Part shown: piece after piece, positions 9,389-18,982 of the stretch | Numbering within the stretch: position 1 is the stretch's first letter | Layout of the letters: each line of letters starts with the position of its first letter | DNA from: a virus | Taxonomy: Duplodnaviria > Heunggongvirae > Uroviricota > Caudoviricetes | Length of the DNA stretch: 64,000 nt | Reading direction: 5' to 3' (one strand) | Virus record (IMG/VR): IMGVR_UViG_3300027295_000004 | Notes under the pieces: model-generated | The model's input: the letters and a program-made list of their open reading frames with translations, nothing else | What the model was told of the DNA's origin: nothing | Databases searched by the model: none | Translations under genes and position numbers: made by a program

Positions 9389-9814
9389 TTATTTATTTGA
9401 GTCGAGAAGATAAAGCAATGATTTCATATACTTTAGTACTTGGTCCTCTGTTGGGCTATCACTAAGATTTGCTAGCATGTCTGCAATTTTGACTTCTGTT
9501 GCGAATCGGTTCGACGCAATGGTTTTAATATACTCGTCGTATGGAATGTCTTTCTTTTTTGTCAACATGATGACGATATCGATGATTTGGTTCGAAATCC
9601 CTTGATCTCGTAGATCTTCGACTGTCACTGACGTATCTTCCAGAACATCATGAAGCCATGCCACTGCTTCGACACCTGGATTGTCTGTGAGTCTCGATGC
9701 AACAGCTTCGGGATGTTTAATATAAGGAGTAACACCATCTCGCCGAAATTGCCCTTCGTGAGCCTTTATTGCAATGCGTTTGGCAATCTCTACGATATCG
9801 TTTGTTGGTGTCAT
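9389..9814 (-). CDS. HD-domain (p)ppGpp hydrolase (Mesh1/SpoT-hydrolase-like small alarmone hydrolase)
   Basis: Motifs HEGQFRRDGVTPYIKHPEAVA ... AWLHDVLEDT match the RelA/SpoT HD-hydrolase signature. Confidence 0.65.
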   Translation of the reverse strand: MTPTNDIVEIAKRIAIKAHEGQFRRDGVTPYIKHPEAVASRLTDNPGVEAVAWLHDVLEDTSVTVEDLRDQGISNQIIDIVIMLTKKKDIPYDEYIKTIASNRFATEVKIADMLANLSDSPTEDQVLKYMKSLLYLLDSNK

Positions 9815-10051
9815 GTGTATAATACAATACCTCGTGGTTGTTATCTAATCAAATATTGTTTAGTTTGTCAGATAATATTTCTTGAGGATTTTATACCATA
9901 TCGATTCATCGTCTTCACTCAGCGAGAATCTAGATTCCAACCAAGTTCTTTCGAAATCAGTAAGATGAAAGGTTTCCATTAAGAATTGGCTTATGCTTTC
10001 GTAATCCATATACTGTTACTTAACAGCATGGCGACTAGCTAAGCACAATTC

Positions 10052-10354
10052 TCAATCTGACGATTTCGTCAGCGGCCTCCACCCGACATTCATGCAGAAG
10101 TATTTAACGCCATTGACCACTACAGCATCGCCAATTGATACCGAACGCAACGGACGATACTCTCTCGCGATCGCAGCCCATTCCTCACTTAGTGCATCTT
10201 CGGGTGCATTAGTAATGGCAAATGCAGCTTCGCAAGCGTCTTCTCCATCATATTTGGCAGGAAGATTAAACTCAAATTCCTGCGTCACAATCTGGTAGTC
10301 TCTTTGATTTTCTTCGTAGACTTTGTTGTTGAGAATGATGCGGATGTTTGTCAT
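10052..10354 (-). CDS. Hypothetical protein (100 aa)
   Basis: ORF. Confidence 0.4.
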   Translation of the reverse strand: MTNIRIILNNKVYEENQRDYQIVTQEFEFNLPAKYDGEDACEAAFAITNAPEDALSEEWAAIAREYRPLRSVSIGDAVVVNGVKYFCMNVGWRPLTKSSD

Positions 10355-10384
10355 GTTATATTATAATAGTGGGTTGTGTTTTAA

Positions 10385-10756
10385 TCAATCCTCATCTTCT
10401 GTTTCTTCGTCGACAGCTTCATTTGTGATTTCTTGCATGTCATCGTCATCAGTAACGAGGTATGAGTACGGGTCCATAAAGGTTACCATCATGAATTTAA
10501 GATCTGGCATTGCATCTCGAAGCCATTCAAAGAATGGATGGCGACGATACTTACTTTCTTTTAGGGTTTGTGGATCACAATAGAGTGTTCCTGTTTCAGC
10601 AAGATGGTTAATAAATTTGCGAGACATTTCATCTCGACCAATTGTCGGCACTGGATCGAAAATGGTGTAAGCAAATTCGCCATTTACCTTTTGACCGAGA
10701 TAACGAAATGCGTTATCGACACCGTCTCTAGCATAATCAACAGGATCGTATTTCAT
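10385..10756 (-). CDS. Hypothetical protein with acidic C terminus (123 aa)
   Basis: ORF. Confidence 0.45.
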   Translation of the reverse strand: MKYDPVDYARDGVDNAFRYLGQKVNGEFAYTIFDPVPTIGRDEMSRKFINHLAETGTLYCDPQTLKESKYRRHPFFEWLRDAMPDLKFMMVTFMDPYSYLVTDDDDMQEITNEAVDEETEDED

Positions 10757-11007
10757 ATTGGATTGGCTATTACCGCTTCGTATGTTTGGATTTCGACTGG
10801 TTCTATATTAACGACATCTACTTCACCAGAGCGGATCATCTCGAGCATGTTTGCGTTTATCAAAGTCAGTAATGCCCACTGCATGATCTGGTCTGCCTTC
10901 TCACCTCGAATCTCGTATTTATCAATGTCCTTCTTGAGTTTTGTCGTAAGTTCTTTGCCTATCAATTCCTCAGTTGTAAACACCTTTGCATCATTCATAT
11001 TATTCAT
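10753..11007 (-). CDS. Hypothetical protein (start trimmed to MNNMNDAK...)
   Basis: ORF 10753-11196 trimmed so that it does not overlap the upstream zinc-finger ORF. Confidence 0.35.
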   Translation of the reverse strand: MNNMNDAKVFTTEELIGKELTTKLKKDIDKYEIRGEKADQIMQWALLTLINANMLEMIRSGEVDVVNIEPVEIQTYEAVIANPI

Positions 11008-11011
11008 ATTA

Positions 11012-11266
11012 TTAAATACTGGCTGTGGATCTAGAAACACGGTGAAGCCCCGATCCACGACCAGTATACCGACCACAAGGATTATACTTTCGATAATCCT
11101 GAAATGCCTCTTGAGAGACAATCTGGATTTCTCCGGCGGTCTTGTGACCGTACAACATAATGCCGCGAGGTCGCTCTTGAGGTTGACTTCGAGCACATCG
11201 GACGCAGGTGCTCAATTTGAATTCAAGACGCTCTTGTTCGATTGGATTGCCGCAGTTGCATTTCAT
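11012..11266 (-). CDS. C4 zinc-finger protein (TraR/DksA-like)
   Basis: CNCG...17 aa...CVRC pattern. Confidence 0.4.
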   Translation of the reverse strand: MKCNCGNPIEQERLEFKLSTCVRCARSQPQERPRGIMLYGHKTAGEIQIVSQEAFQDYRKYNPCGRYTGRGSGLHRVSRSTASI

Positions 11267-11297
11267 ATAACAAATATACTACGTGGTGTGTTGTTGC

Positions 11298-12365
11298 TCA
11301 ACTATCAAATTGGCGACCACAATCTTCTTCCTCTTCCTTCATGCTATCGATGATAGCACGGAGGGGATTCTTATCGCATTCAGCTGTAAAGATTTCCTTG
11401 ATCTCATCCGAATCCAGTGTAATGAGCATCTGCTGAAACGCTGGGACCACGTATTTCAATTCGTCTTCCTTGATATATTTGCGGAACAGGTTAGCAATTT
11501 CAGGCCCCACGATGATATCGTTGATTTCCGAAGCTACATCTCCTTCTTCTGCATCACGCAATCCATCCGTCAAAGAAACATATTGATAAATACCTTTGAC
11601 AATTTCTTGAAGGAGTACTGGGAAGATCACACCACGGGCTTTGATCACATACGTCCCTTCTTCATCTTCTGCCACATCGACTTGACCGCCTTGTTCGGCT
11701 CCCATAGGAGGCATTCCATCTGGCATGGTGTAATACAGCAGTGTTGCGTATGACATGACAAACCCATATACATTCGGTGAAGCACAACCAAGCCGTTCTA
11801 GTTCATCTTCAACCAAGTGAAACGCATATTGTGTATTGAGTGCTGAGCCTTGAGCAATGCTGTTTGCGAGGACTTTCCGAGCTTTCCGCTCATCATCATC
11901 AAACATCACTTCCGCCAGACTAAACCGAATCTCCGGATCTTCTTCTTTCTCCGGAAGTTCATCCATGTCAGCATTGATATCGAGTGCATCCATATCTACA
12001 AGCTTCGCATCGATCTTGAGATCTCCATCCTGAATCATATCCCGAATGAACTTGAACTCTTCCATGTTTAGAATCGTATTCAATGCAAGTCGAGAAAGCT
12101 CATCACGATGTTCCTTCTCTCGATCGTAAGCGATCTTGACTCCATTCTTCATCTGGAAAAGCATTTCCATGAGATTGATGCTTGGAGCCTTCGAGTAGTG
12201 TAGAACTTTATTGACGAGATCGGTGTAATGCTTCGACGCCATCAGCATAGGATCAATCCCGTAGCGCTTGGACTCGTGTTCGGAAACAAGAGCCAGCCGC
12301 TCGCTGTTTGCATAACTATACTTGACGTTAGTGGTCATCGACTCAAATGTATTTTTAGTATTCAT
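11298..12365 (-). CDS. Hypothetical protein (355 aa)
   Basis: Long ORF, acidic; no motif recognised. Confidence 0.55.
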   Translation of the reverse strand: MNTKNTFESMTTNVKYSYANSERLALVSEHESKRYGIDPMLMASKHYTDLVNKVLHYSKAPSINLMEMLFQMKNGVKIAYDREKEHRDELSRLALNTILNMEEFKFIRDMIQDGDLKIDAKLVDMDALDINADMDELPEKEEDPEIRFSLAEVMFDDDERKARKVLANSIAQGSALNTQYAFHLVEDELERLGCASPNVYGFVMSYATLLYYTMPDGMPPMGAEQGGQVDVAEDEEGTYVIKARGVIFPVLLQEIVKGIYQYVSLTDGLRDAEEGDVASEINDIIVGPEIANLFRKYIKEDELKYVVPAFQQMLITLDSDEIKEIFTAECDKNPLRAIIDSMKEEEEDCGRQFDS

Positions 12366-12527
12366 TACGCTTTTGGTTTCGGGTGTTGCCCTGGGCTTGG
12401 TTTACGGATTGGATTGAACGGTTTCGCTGGTTTAGTTGGTGCCGGCGGCTTTGTTGGTATTGTGGTTGGCATTGCTTTTCTGTTTAATACAATACAATCG
12501 GGTTTGCTTATCAGCAAACATTTATGC

Positions 12528-13553
12528 TTATTTGTTTGAGTCGTAATCGAGATTGATGATCTTGAACGAACCTTTGCTGTGTCGAACTACTACACCTTCA
12601 AAGGGTTTGCCATCGATTTGATTGATTCCTTTTTGGTAGAAGTTAATCATATCTTCGGATAGCAACGGCCTCACAGAGTGTTCAAAGTCAACAGTGTAAT
12701 TGTCGTTTACAAACGGCACATGAGGAATTTGTAATACAGCCGCCACGTTCGGGGAGTAATCAGCGTCGCCTTCCTTTTCATACTTCAGGGTATTAAGATT
12801 GAAGACACTGAATACGGCAAAGTCCAAGGGACCTTTGCTGTGTGGGTTCTTGCTGAAATTTTGGATATTGCCTCCATAGATTTCACCTCGAAGAGCAAGT
12901 GATACGTCGTTCCGTTTGCAATACTCAAGAAGCTTCTCGAGAATATTGTATTTCTTCACGATCTTGGTATAGTTGTTATTAGTTTCTGGTTTGATTTCTA
13001 GATTGCGACTAGTAACACCAGTAGACCATTCTCCGGTCGACGGATCTTTGCGTGCGTAGTAAGTAGCACTTTGCCCATCAATCTTCAGGGTGACATCAAC
13101 CTTTTCACCATACGGGAGAAACCCGATAAGGTTCTGGAATCGTTCTTCGTCAGTCTTCACCAGACTATACGGCAGATTCCCTTTAGCATCCAGAGAGGTT
13201 GGAGCAGGTGGGTCGTACTTATATACCCCAATATGGGAACTAATCTCAGTACCAACTTCGACATTTTGAAGATCGAATAACGAGTCTACTTCGGTAAGTC
13301 CCATGATAATACCAAACGACCATTCGCCTCGAAGCTTGATAGCTTTGACTCGCGACGACTTTTTCTTAAAGATTTCAGCCCAGGGCTTATCTGGAAGAAC
13401 AGTATCGGGCTGGATAAAGACTACACGATCACCTACCTTATATTTGTCTTTAAGAGTGATGCATTCATATCCTAGAACTCCAACGAGATCCAACGAATCT
13501 GCATTGGGATGATGTTTGACAGCAGCGATGGTTTCAATAGAGGCGAGCTTCAT
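12528..13553 (-). CDS. RNA ligase (Rnl2-type nucleotidyltransferase) with an N-terminal tRNA-binding OB-fold (Trbp111/EMAP-like) domain
   Basis: N terminus MKLASIETIAAVKHHPNADSLDLVGVLGYECITLKDKYKVGDRVVF resembles the tRNA-binding arm of Trbp111/MetRS; ligase motif I is LKIDGQS, motif IV is EGVVVRH, motif V is FKIIN. Start moved to the internal Met at 13553. Confidence 0.6.
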   Translation of the reverse strand: MKLASIETIAAVKHHPNADSLDLVGVLGYECITLKDKYKVGDRVVFIQPDTVLPDKPWAEIFKKKSSRVKAIKLRGEWSFGIIMGLTEVDSLFDLQNVEVGTEISSHIGVYKYDPPAPTSLDAKGNLPYSLVKTDEERFQNLIGFLPYGEKVDVTLKIDGQSATYYARKDPSTGEWSTGVTSRNLEIKPETNNNYTKIVKKYNILEKLLEYCKRNDVSLALRGEIYGGNIQNFSKNPHSKGPLDFAVFSVFNLNTLKYEKEGDADYSPNVAAVLQIPHVPFVNDNYTVDFEHSVRPLLSEDMINFYQKGINQIDGKPFEGVVVRHSKGSFKIINLDYDSNK

Positions 13554-13593
13554 GTAGTTAATATAGCTCGAGGTGTGATGTGTATCAACTATT

Positions 13594-13944
13594 TTAGCAT
13601 TTAAGCCAGCGCCATCTTTTATGTCGAACTGCCCATTTTCGTGGGATCCATGACAAAATTTTATTGACAAACGACATGACAACTTTGTTGTATTTATACT
13701 CAGTTGCATCCCCTTGTTTCCATACGACGATATGGTCGGGCACCACTGTTGGTCTGTTATTGCCTATGCGATAGACTCGATTCCAATATACAATATCTCT
13801 ATATGGAGACACCCAGCCTTGGAACCTATCATATCGTGCTGTTAATGTGTCGTAGCTTCTTCTGGAGAAACTTCGTTCGGCATAGTGCCCATCTTCATGA
13901 TAGACATATATCGTTGCATTTCCGAAATCATTAAGGGGATTCAT
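13594..13944 (-). CDS. Hypothetical protein (116 aa)
   Basis: ORF. Confidence 0.4.
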   Translation of the reverse strand: MNPLNDFGNATIYVYHEDGHYAERSFSRRSYDTLTARYDRFQGWVSPYRDIVYWNRVYRIGNNRPTVVPDHIVVWKQGDATEYKYNKVVMSFVNKILSWIPRKWAVRHKRWRWLKC

Positions 13945-14116
13945 TGAAGTATTTAATTATTTGTATTTTTTCATTATGGTGAAAATTGTCATTCAAACAA
14001 TCGTAAACCTGTTTGTTTGTTTCAGACAATTTGTTGTATTCCATTTTATGGATAGCACTACAACTGGTTAGGAAAAATAAAATCGAAGCAAGGAAAAGTT
14101 TCATTATAGAAACTAC

Positions 14117-14572
14117 TTACTTCCGTCGAATCTTGGATAATATGCGTTCGTACATTATTCTACAATGTCTATATCTAAGGCGTGATTTCAGGATATCTGC
14201 GGATGCTTTTAGGCTACCCCATTTAAGCACTTTGATATTAAAGAACTTTACACCCCATCGGCGCATAGCACTTTTTGAAGGCTGATAGATATCAACCACT
14301 GGCGTTGCGCCAACAGGCTTTACCAATGCAGACCCATAGTCGGTGATGACATATCTTTTATTGTCAATCAATAAAATAGTTCCTGCTGGAAAGACAGACC
14401 AGTCAGATGCAGCAGATGTAACGCCAAGAGGAGTTCCTAATGCTGTTTTACTTTTGTACCTAATATGATCCTTTTCTGTATGAGTATACGCAGTCGTCTT
14501 AATGTGGATATCAGCTCCGTTGCATGACAGCGAAGATATCGCCAACACTAATGATAATAATATACTCTTCAT
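14117..14572 (-). CDS. Secreted protein or lipoprotein, possibly with a 3D/DPBB-like cell-wall-binding domain
   Basis: Signal peptide MKSILLSLVLAISSLSC; weak similarity to 3D-domain proteins. Confidence 0.4.
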   Translation of the reverse strand: MKSILLSLVLAISSLSCNGADIHIKTTAYTHTEKDHIRYKSKTALGTPLGVTSAASDWSVFPAGTILLIDNKRYVITDYGSALVKPVGATPVVDIYQPSKSAMRRWGVKFFNIKVLKWGSLKASADILKSRLRYRHCRIMYERILSKIRRK

Positions 14573-14577
14573 AATTT

Positions 14578-15114
14578 TTAATCATATTTGAAATCTGGAG
14601 ACGTTTCATTAAACAGTCTGTAGCTGCGGATAGGTGCTATGTCAGTTAACGTAACTGCTTGAACCTCAACACCCCATTTCTTTGCTTCTGACGCTGCATG
14701 TTTTGTAAGCTGCCGATCAATAGTATTACTGAAACATTCGTCTAGATTCGATTCTGTAAGAACTCTTTTAATAATACCTTGTGTCACATCAGCGAGTGCA
14801 TCCTTCGCGGCGTTCGCTGTTAAGAAGAATGTTTTGCCATCGACAATTTTATATTTTATAACACCCTTGACAACTAAATTTGTTTTACTTTTTTGAATGA
14901 AAAGGGATTGGGGTGGCAAACTAATTGTAGTGATGACAGTGTAGTACTCATGTATTTCATCAATTACGGGGAACTTAAAGTGTATTCCGGGTTTGAGTGT
15001 TCTGTGATATTTCCCTAAACGAAATACAACTGCTTCGCTGTACGCAGGTATAACTACCGCTGGCTTTAGATAATACCAGCAACTTATTAGGGCGTCAATT
15101 AGGCGTTCTAACAT
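14578..15114 (-). CDS. SPFH/band-7 (stomatin/prohibitin-like) domain protein
   Basis: N-terminal hydrophobic segment followed by VIPAYSEAVVFRLGKYHRTLKPGIHFKFPVIDEI, typical of SPFH. Confidence 0.55.
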   Translation of the reverse strand: MLERLIDALISCWYYLKPAVVIPAYSEAVVFRLGKYHRTLKPGIHFKFPVIDEIHEYYTVITTISLPPQSLFIQKSKTNLVVKGVIKYKIVDGKTFFLTANAAKDALADVTQGIIKRVLTESNLDECFSNTIDRQLTKHAASEAKKWGVEVQAVTLTDIAPIRSYRLFNETSPDFKYD

Positions 15115-15158
15115 TTATTTATTTGCACCTGTCATCAAATGTCTTTATAACATTTAAT

Positions 15159-15434
15159 TCACTTGGTGGGAAGTGGAAGCGGATCTTCTGGCAGAGGGGT
15201 GATTGCTTTTGGAATCCATGAGAACCCAATGCCGATATTAAAGTATGGCTTGACCCGATAAATCTTTGTAGATGCACCAACTGATGCACCGTATCCATTA
15301 TCTGTCTGTCCTATCTTCGCATCGATCGATCCGTTGACCTTTGCTTCGTCGGCGAGTCCCTCGACTGTTGGTTTAATAGTGTTACAACTTGACAATGTCA
15401 GTGCAGTGATTAGCATCAGAATTAGCTTGCTCAT
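15159..15434 (-). CDS. Small lipoprotein
   Basis: Signal peptide plus lipobox LTLSSC. Confidence 0.45.
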   Translation of the reverse strand: MSKLILMLITALTLSSCNTIKPTVEGLADEAKVNGSIDAKIGQTDNGYGASVGASTKIYRVKPYFNIGIGFSWIPKAITPLPEDPLPLPTK

Positions 15435-15484
15435 ATGTTTACTTACTATAAATTGTGGTTGTTTTCAAATCAACAGGTGTTTGC

Positions 15485-16243
15485 TCAGTCCTCAACAACT
15501 TTGCCATCTGCATTTTTGATGGTAGCCCCCTTGCTTGTTTTGAATGGAATCCGAACATTATTGTATGTGTTACTATCCTTTACTTCTAGAATTCCTTTGG
15601 AAACATTCCATGCAGTATCCGTGCCAATAAACGTGTTCTTACTGCATGTAGCTAAGCTATCGCTGTTCGCCCAAGACGATTCATGAACTCGAACTCCAGT
15701 GATACCACCATAGATTATGTTGTTGTTAATCACTGCACCATCTGCCTGGTTGAGTTGAATTGACTTATCTCCTTTGTTGCTGTTCATGAATTCACAATAA
15801 GATACTTTGAAGTTCTTTGCTTTGATGCTTGTAGAGACCGCATCTTCGCCTACATTAAGAAATGTCACATACTCAATACCTGAATTTGGTTTAGCAAACA
15901 TCGCCGCATTCTTATTGTTTCGGACGAATCCGTTTTTAACAACAAGAGGGATATTTGCTACAAATAGCGGTTCCTGTGTTTCACTTTGTCCTCCATCTCC
16001 TCGTTGCTTAGTCCCATCTAAGATACCTCCTTTCAAGTCTAGAATGTATACACCGTCTTTGTTAATTGCTTTTGTGTCTAATGTTTTTTCTGCTTCTTTC
16101 AAATCCCTCGAATCATTAATATGCCACGATGTTGGTTTGTACACCTTCGCTGATGGTGAGGGTGTACGATACTCTGGTTTTGGGCTTACTGTGCTGCAAC
16201 CTATTAGAAGCGAGCACAGAAGAAGTGTGAATGTTGATTTCAT
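15485..16243 (-). CDS. Lipoprotein with a right-handed beta-helix (pectate-lyase-like) region
   Basis: Signal peptide with lipobox LLIGCS; repeats such as NNNIIYGGITGVRVHES. Confidence 0.45.
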   Translation of the reverse strand: MKSTFTLLLCSLLIGCSTVSPKPEYRTPSPSAKVYKPTSWHINDSRDLKEAEKTLDTKAINKDGVYILDLKGGILDGTKQRGDGGQSETQEPLFVANIPLVVKNGFVRNNKNAAMFAKPNSGIEYVTFLNVGEDAVSTSIKAKNFKVSYCEFMNSNKGDKSIQLNQADGAVINNNIIYGGITGVRVHESSWANSDSLATCSKNTFIGTDTAWNVSKGILEVKDSNTYNNVRIPFKTSKGATIKNADGKVVED

Positions 16244-16476
16244 TTAGGAATAAGCAAATTTGTGAGGTTCTTTAATTGATCGTTTGTCATGTGAATATAT
16301 TCAATATCATCTCCATAGTATTCGACATCATTCACCTTTGCTATTTTGATATTTGACAAAATAAGATCACAAATGGATGCAGATTTTGGATCTGTGTGGT
16401 CAATGCGAATTTGTTGAATAATCGCTTCTAACCGATCCAAAGTATCTGCATTCCATTTGTGAAGTGTGTTTAGCAT
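16240..16476 (-). CDS. Hypothetical protein (78 aa)
   Basis: ORF. Confidence 0.35.
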   Translation of the reverse strand: MLNTLHKWNADTLDRLEAIIQQIRIDHTDPKSASICDLILSNIKIAKVNDVEYYGDDIEYIHMTNDQLKNLTNLLIPK

Positions 16477-16576
16477 ATATAAATCGTGTCCAACATCTTA
16501 TCCATGATGGGACCGAAGATACTAATATCCAGAGGACATAGTTGCAAGAGCACGTTCAGTGTTAGTTCAATCATAA

Positions 16577-17281
16577 TTATTCAGTGTAGTGGTACATATA
16601 CGCTTCATGGCAATCAACGCAGCGGAATTTGGTATTCTCAACGAATGCGGTTGCTGATTCATGGAAGTGACCAAAGAACCAATGCTTTGGTTTAGTTAGT
16701 TGATACAGCTTATCCATATCTTCATTTTCAATCTTGAGATCCTGTTCCAGATCTTTATCAGCCACCATCATCGATTTGACAAAGTTATTAATACCAAAAA
16801 GACCCGAGATCGGGGGGCGGGTATGAGTTACTACAGCATCGTATGTTTCGTATGCAAAATTCTCATTAAGATAGAACGTTTCATTTTTCCACCAAGTAGG
16901 AATGCTAGTATTATATCTATCAATCCGATCAATCGATACTGCACCGCCTACAAGAAGAATTTTCTTACCAAGCAATTCAAGAACAGTATAGTCGGGGAGC
17001 AATTCGATATTGTCATACCCTCCTATTGTCTTCCTAGTATTAAAGTATCCTGGGTCATCATGGTTTCCACGAATGACATACAAGTGACTATTCGATTCAG
17101 CAAGGAACTTGTGAAGTGGTTTGAGTAATTTTGGGTACTCATGATCCTCAAAGAAACCAATACCAAAATCCCCCACATGGATGATATGAGCATTCTCGAT
17201 TTGATTTCGCTTAAGCTTAATAGCAAAAAGACCAACATCTCCGTGAATGTCTCCAGCAATAATAATTTTATCTTTTGTCAT
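16577..17281 (-). CDS. Calcineurin-like metallophosphoesterase
   Basis: Motifs GDIHGD, GDFGIG, GNHDD and GHFHE (binuclear metallophosphatase signature). Confidence 0.7.
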   Translation of the reverse strand: MTKDKIIIAGDIHGDVGLFAIKLKRNQIENAHIIHVGDFGIGFFEDHEYPKLLKPLHKFLAESNSHLYVIRGNHDDPGYFNTRKTIGGYDNIELLPDYTVLELLGKKILLVGGAVSIDRIDRYNTSIPTWWKNETFYLNENFAYETYDAVVTHTRPPISGLFGINNFVKSMMVADKDLEQDLKIENEDMDKLYQLTKPKHWFFGHFHESATAFVENTKFRCVDCHEAYMYHYTE

Positions 17282-17282
17282 A

Positions 17283-18074
17283 TCAAGCAGCCAGATTAAG
17301 TCGTTTGAAGTTGTTTTTCTTTACCATATCATATACACCGTATCTGTCGAGGATGAGGCGTTCAAGGATTTCGATATCATGGGCATCCTCGAAATTCCAA
17401 AGCATCTTTGAGATGACAGGGCACTCTGCAATGAAAAGATCCCGGATGGCTTCTGCTACTTCACGGCATTCTTTTTGTGTAGTCTTGTATAGGCGTTTGT
17501 TGAGTGTCGTAATCCAATCTCGCACTTTGCCATTGAAGACAATCTTTGTCTGTGTTGCCTCTGGCATCACCATTCGTGCACATTCCTTCGCTACTCCATT
17601 CTTAATGAGTTCCTGGTATAGCTCTCGTGTTTGGTTGAGATGATCTTCAATCGCTTCTGACGCATGTCTACTCTCATCTGTATACATATCATCTGCACTC
17701 TTAAACAATACTGGATTGATGAGATCCGTCGATGATTGCCTATTGTTAGTGCATTGCGCTCTAATCTCGATTGGTTCGAATTCAGAGACTGCCTTATATC
17801 GCTGGCTGAGCTCTTGTGGTTGAAGACTCCAATGACGAAGTAGTTCCCGACCGATTGCTCTGCTGGTGATGATTTCGATACCCAAGTTTGCCATTGCGAA
17901 TACCGACCAATGACCTTCTCGGAGACAATGCCTTAGGAGCTTGTGCGGCTCCGTAAACAGTTCATTGACTTCTCTTGAAGAGGAGATTCTAGCAATCCCG
18001 ACAAGGATCTCATCGATGCTCTTGTCTGTGAATTCGGCGACGCCTGTTGTTTTTGTTACAAGTCTGACTTCCAT
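17283..18074 (-). CDS. thyX: Flavin-dependent thymidylate synthase
   Basis: ThyX signature LLRHWSLQPQELSQRY (RHRx7S/SQRY-type) and GHWSVFAMA. Confidence 0.8.
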   Translation of the reverse strand: MEVRLVTKTTGVAEFTDKSIDEILVGIARISSSREVNELFTEPHKLLRHCLREGHWSVFAMANLGIEIITSRAIGRELLRHWSLQPQELSQRYKAVSEFEPIEIRAQCTNNRQSSTDLINPVLFKSADDMYTDESRHASEAIEDHLNQTRELYQELIKNGVAKECARMVMPEATQTKIVFNGKVRDWITTLNKRLYKTTQKECREVAEAIRDLFIAECPVISKMLWNFEDAHDIEILERLILDRYGVYDMVKKNNFKRLNLAA

Positions 18075-18124
18075 GAATTAATATAAAATAGGGTTATGTG
18101 TGAATCAACAGTTTTTATCATACA

Positions 18125-18367
18125 TCACCAAGCAGATGGATTGCATATATTCCGAAACAGATACTGAATATAGAATCGACACTTCAGATATGTGTTGAAT
18201 AAGAGTTGTTCTTTTTGACTATAGATTTTGTAATCGTCTGGTATTGTATACCAGAAACCATACTTCAGGAATGAGTCACTGTCGATATGTTTTCTGATCT
18301 TGCGAATTTGTTGGAGGCGAGGATCTTGTGTCATTGTGACATTATTTATTTTACGAACATCTGCCAA
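18125..18367 (-). CDS. Hypothetical small protein
   Basis: ORF only. Confidence 0.3.
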   Translation of the reverse strand: MADVRKINNVTMTQDPRLQQIRKIRKHIDSDSFLKYGFWYTIPDDYKIYSQKEQLLFNTYLKCRFYIQYLFRNICNPSAW

Positions 18368-18945
18368 TCATCACGCAAAATATCAAATACTACACCATCT
18401 TTTGGTTTGGTGGGTTTCCATAGCAACTTCAACCCACATTCAGACGGAGTCCTATCTGCTTTAGCGTTATTCACTTCGCGATCACAGCAGACCAAATTAT
18501 CCCAAGTGTTGGTACCACCTCTGCTAGAAGGAATGATATGATCAACACTGAGTTCACTCTTTTGTAGTTTCTTTCCGGTGTATGCACAAGTATAGTTATC
18601 TCTCCGAAAAATGTTTTGCTTAGTAGGAAATTTGCCCTTCTTAATGACCATTCGGTCGAATCTGCTACAGATCACAATGGAGGGCAACCGCACTGGTCCT
18701 TTGGATGTTTGTACATAATCATCACAAGGACGAATAGGTAGCTTGATCCATTGCTTCCAGTCCTTGATTGCGATGAACGATTCTATTTGCGTAGTATCGT
18801 ACGACCCATCCTCATTCTGGGTGTAGCTAATATCCAGTGGGACAAAAGATTTGGAGAAAATACCAACCATGATATCAGACCAACTAGCCGGTTCTAGTGG
18901 TTGATAGTTAGCATTGAGCTTTAAAATTGGTCTCTTTGAGATCAT
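18346..18945 (-). CDS. HNH endonuclease (free-standing, homing-type)
   Basis: CAYTGKKL..SVDHIIPSSRGGTNTWDNLVCCDREVNNAK matches the HNH motif. Confidence 0.7.
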   Translation of the reverse strand: MISKRPILKLNANYQPLEPASWSDIMVGIFSKSFVPLDISYTQNEDGSYDTTQIESFIAIKDWKQWIKLPIRPCDDYVQTSKGPVRLPSIVICSRFDRMVIKKGKFPTKQNIFRRDNYTCAYTGKKLQKSELSVDHIIPSSRGGTNTWDNLVCCDREVNNAKADRTPSECGLKLLWKPTKPKDGVVFDILRDDWQMFVK

Positions 18946-18982
18946 ACAATATTATACAGTGTGGTGACATTTTAATCACTCA

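Noticed and set aside
10568-11353. 261-aa plus-strand ORF
   Set aside because: It is antisense to three minus-strand genes in a uniformly minus-strand block and has Ser/Ile-rich low-complexity composition.
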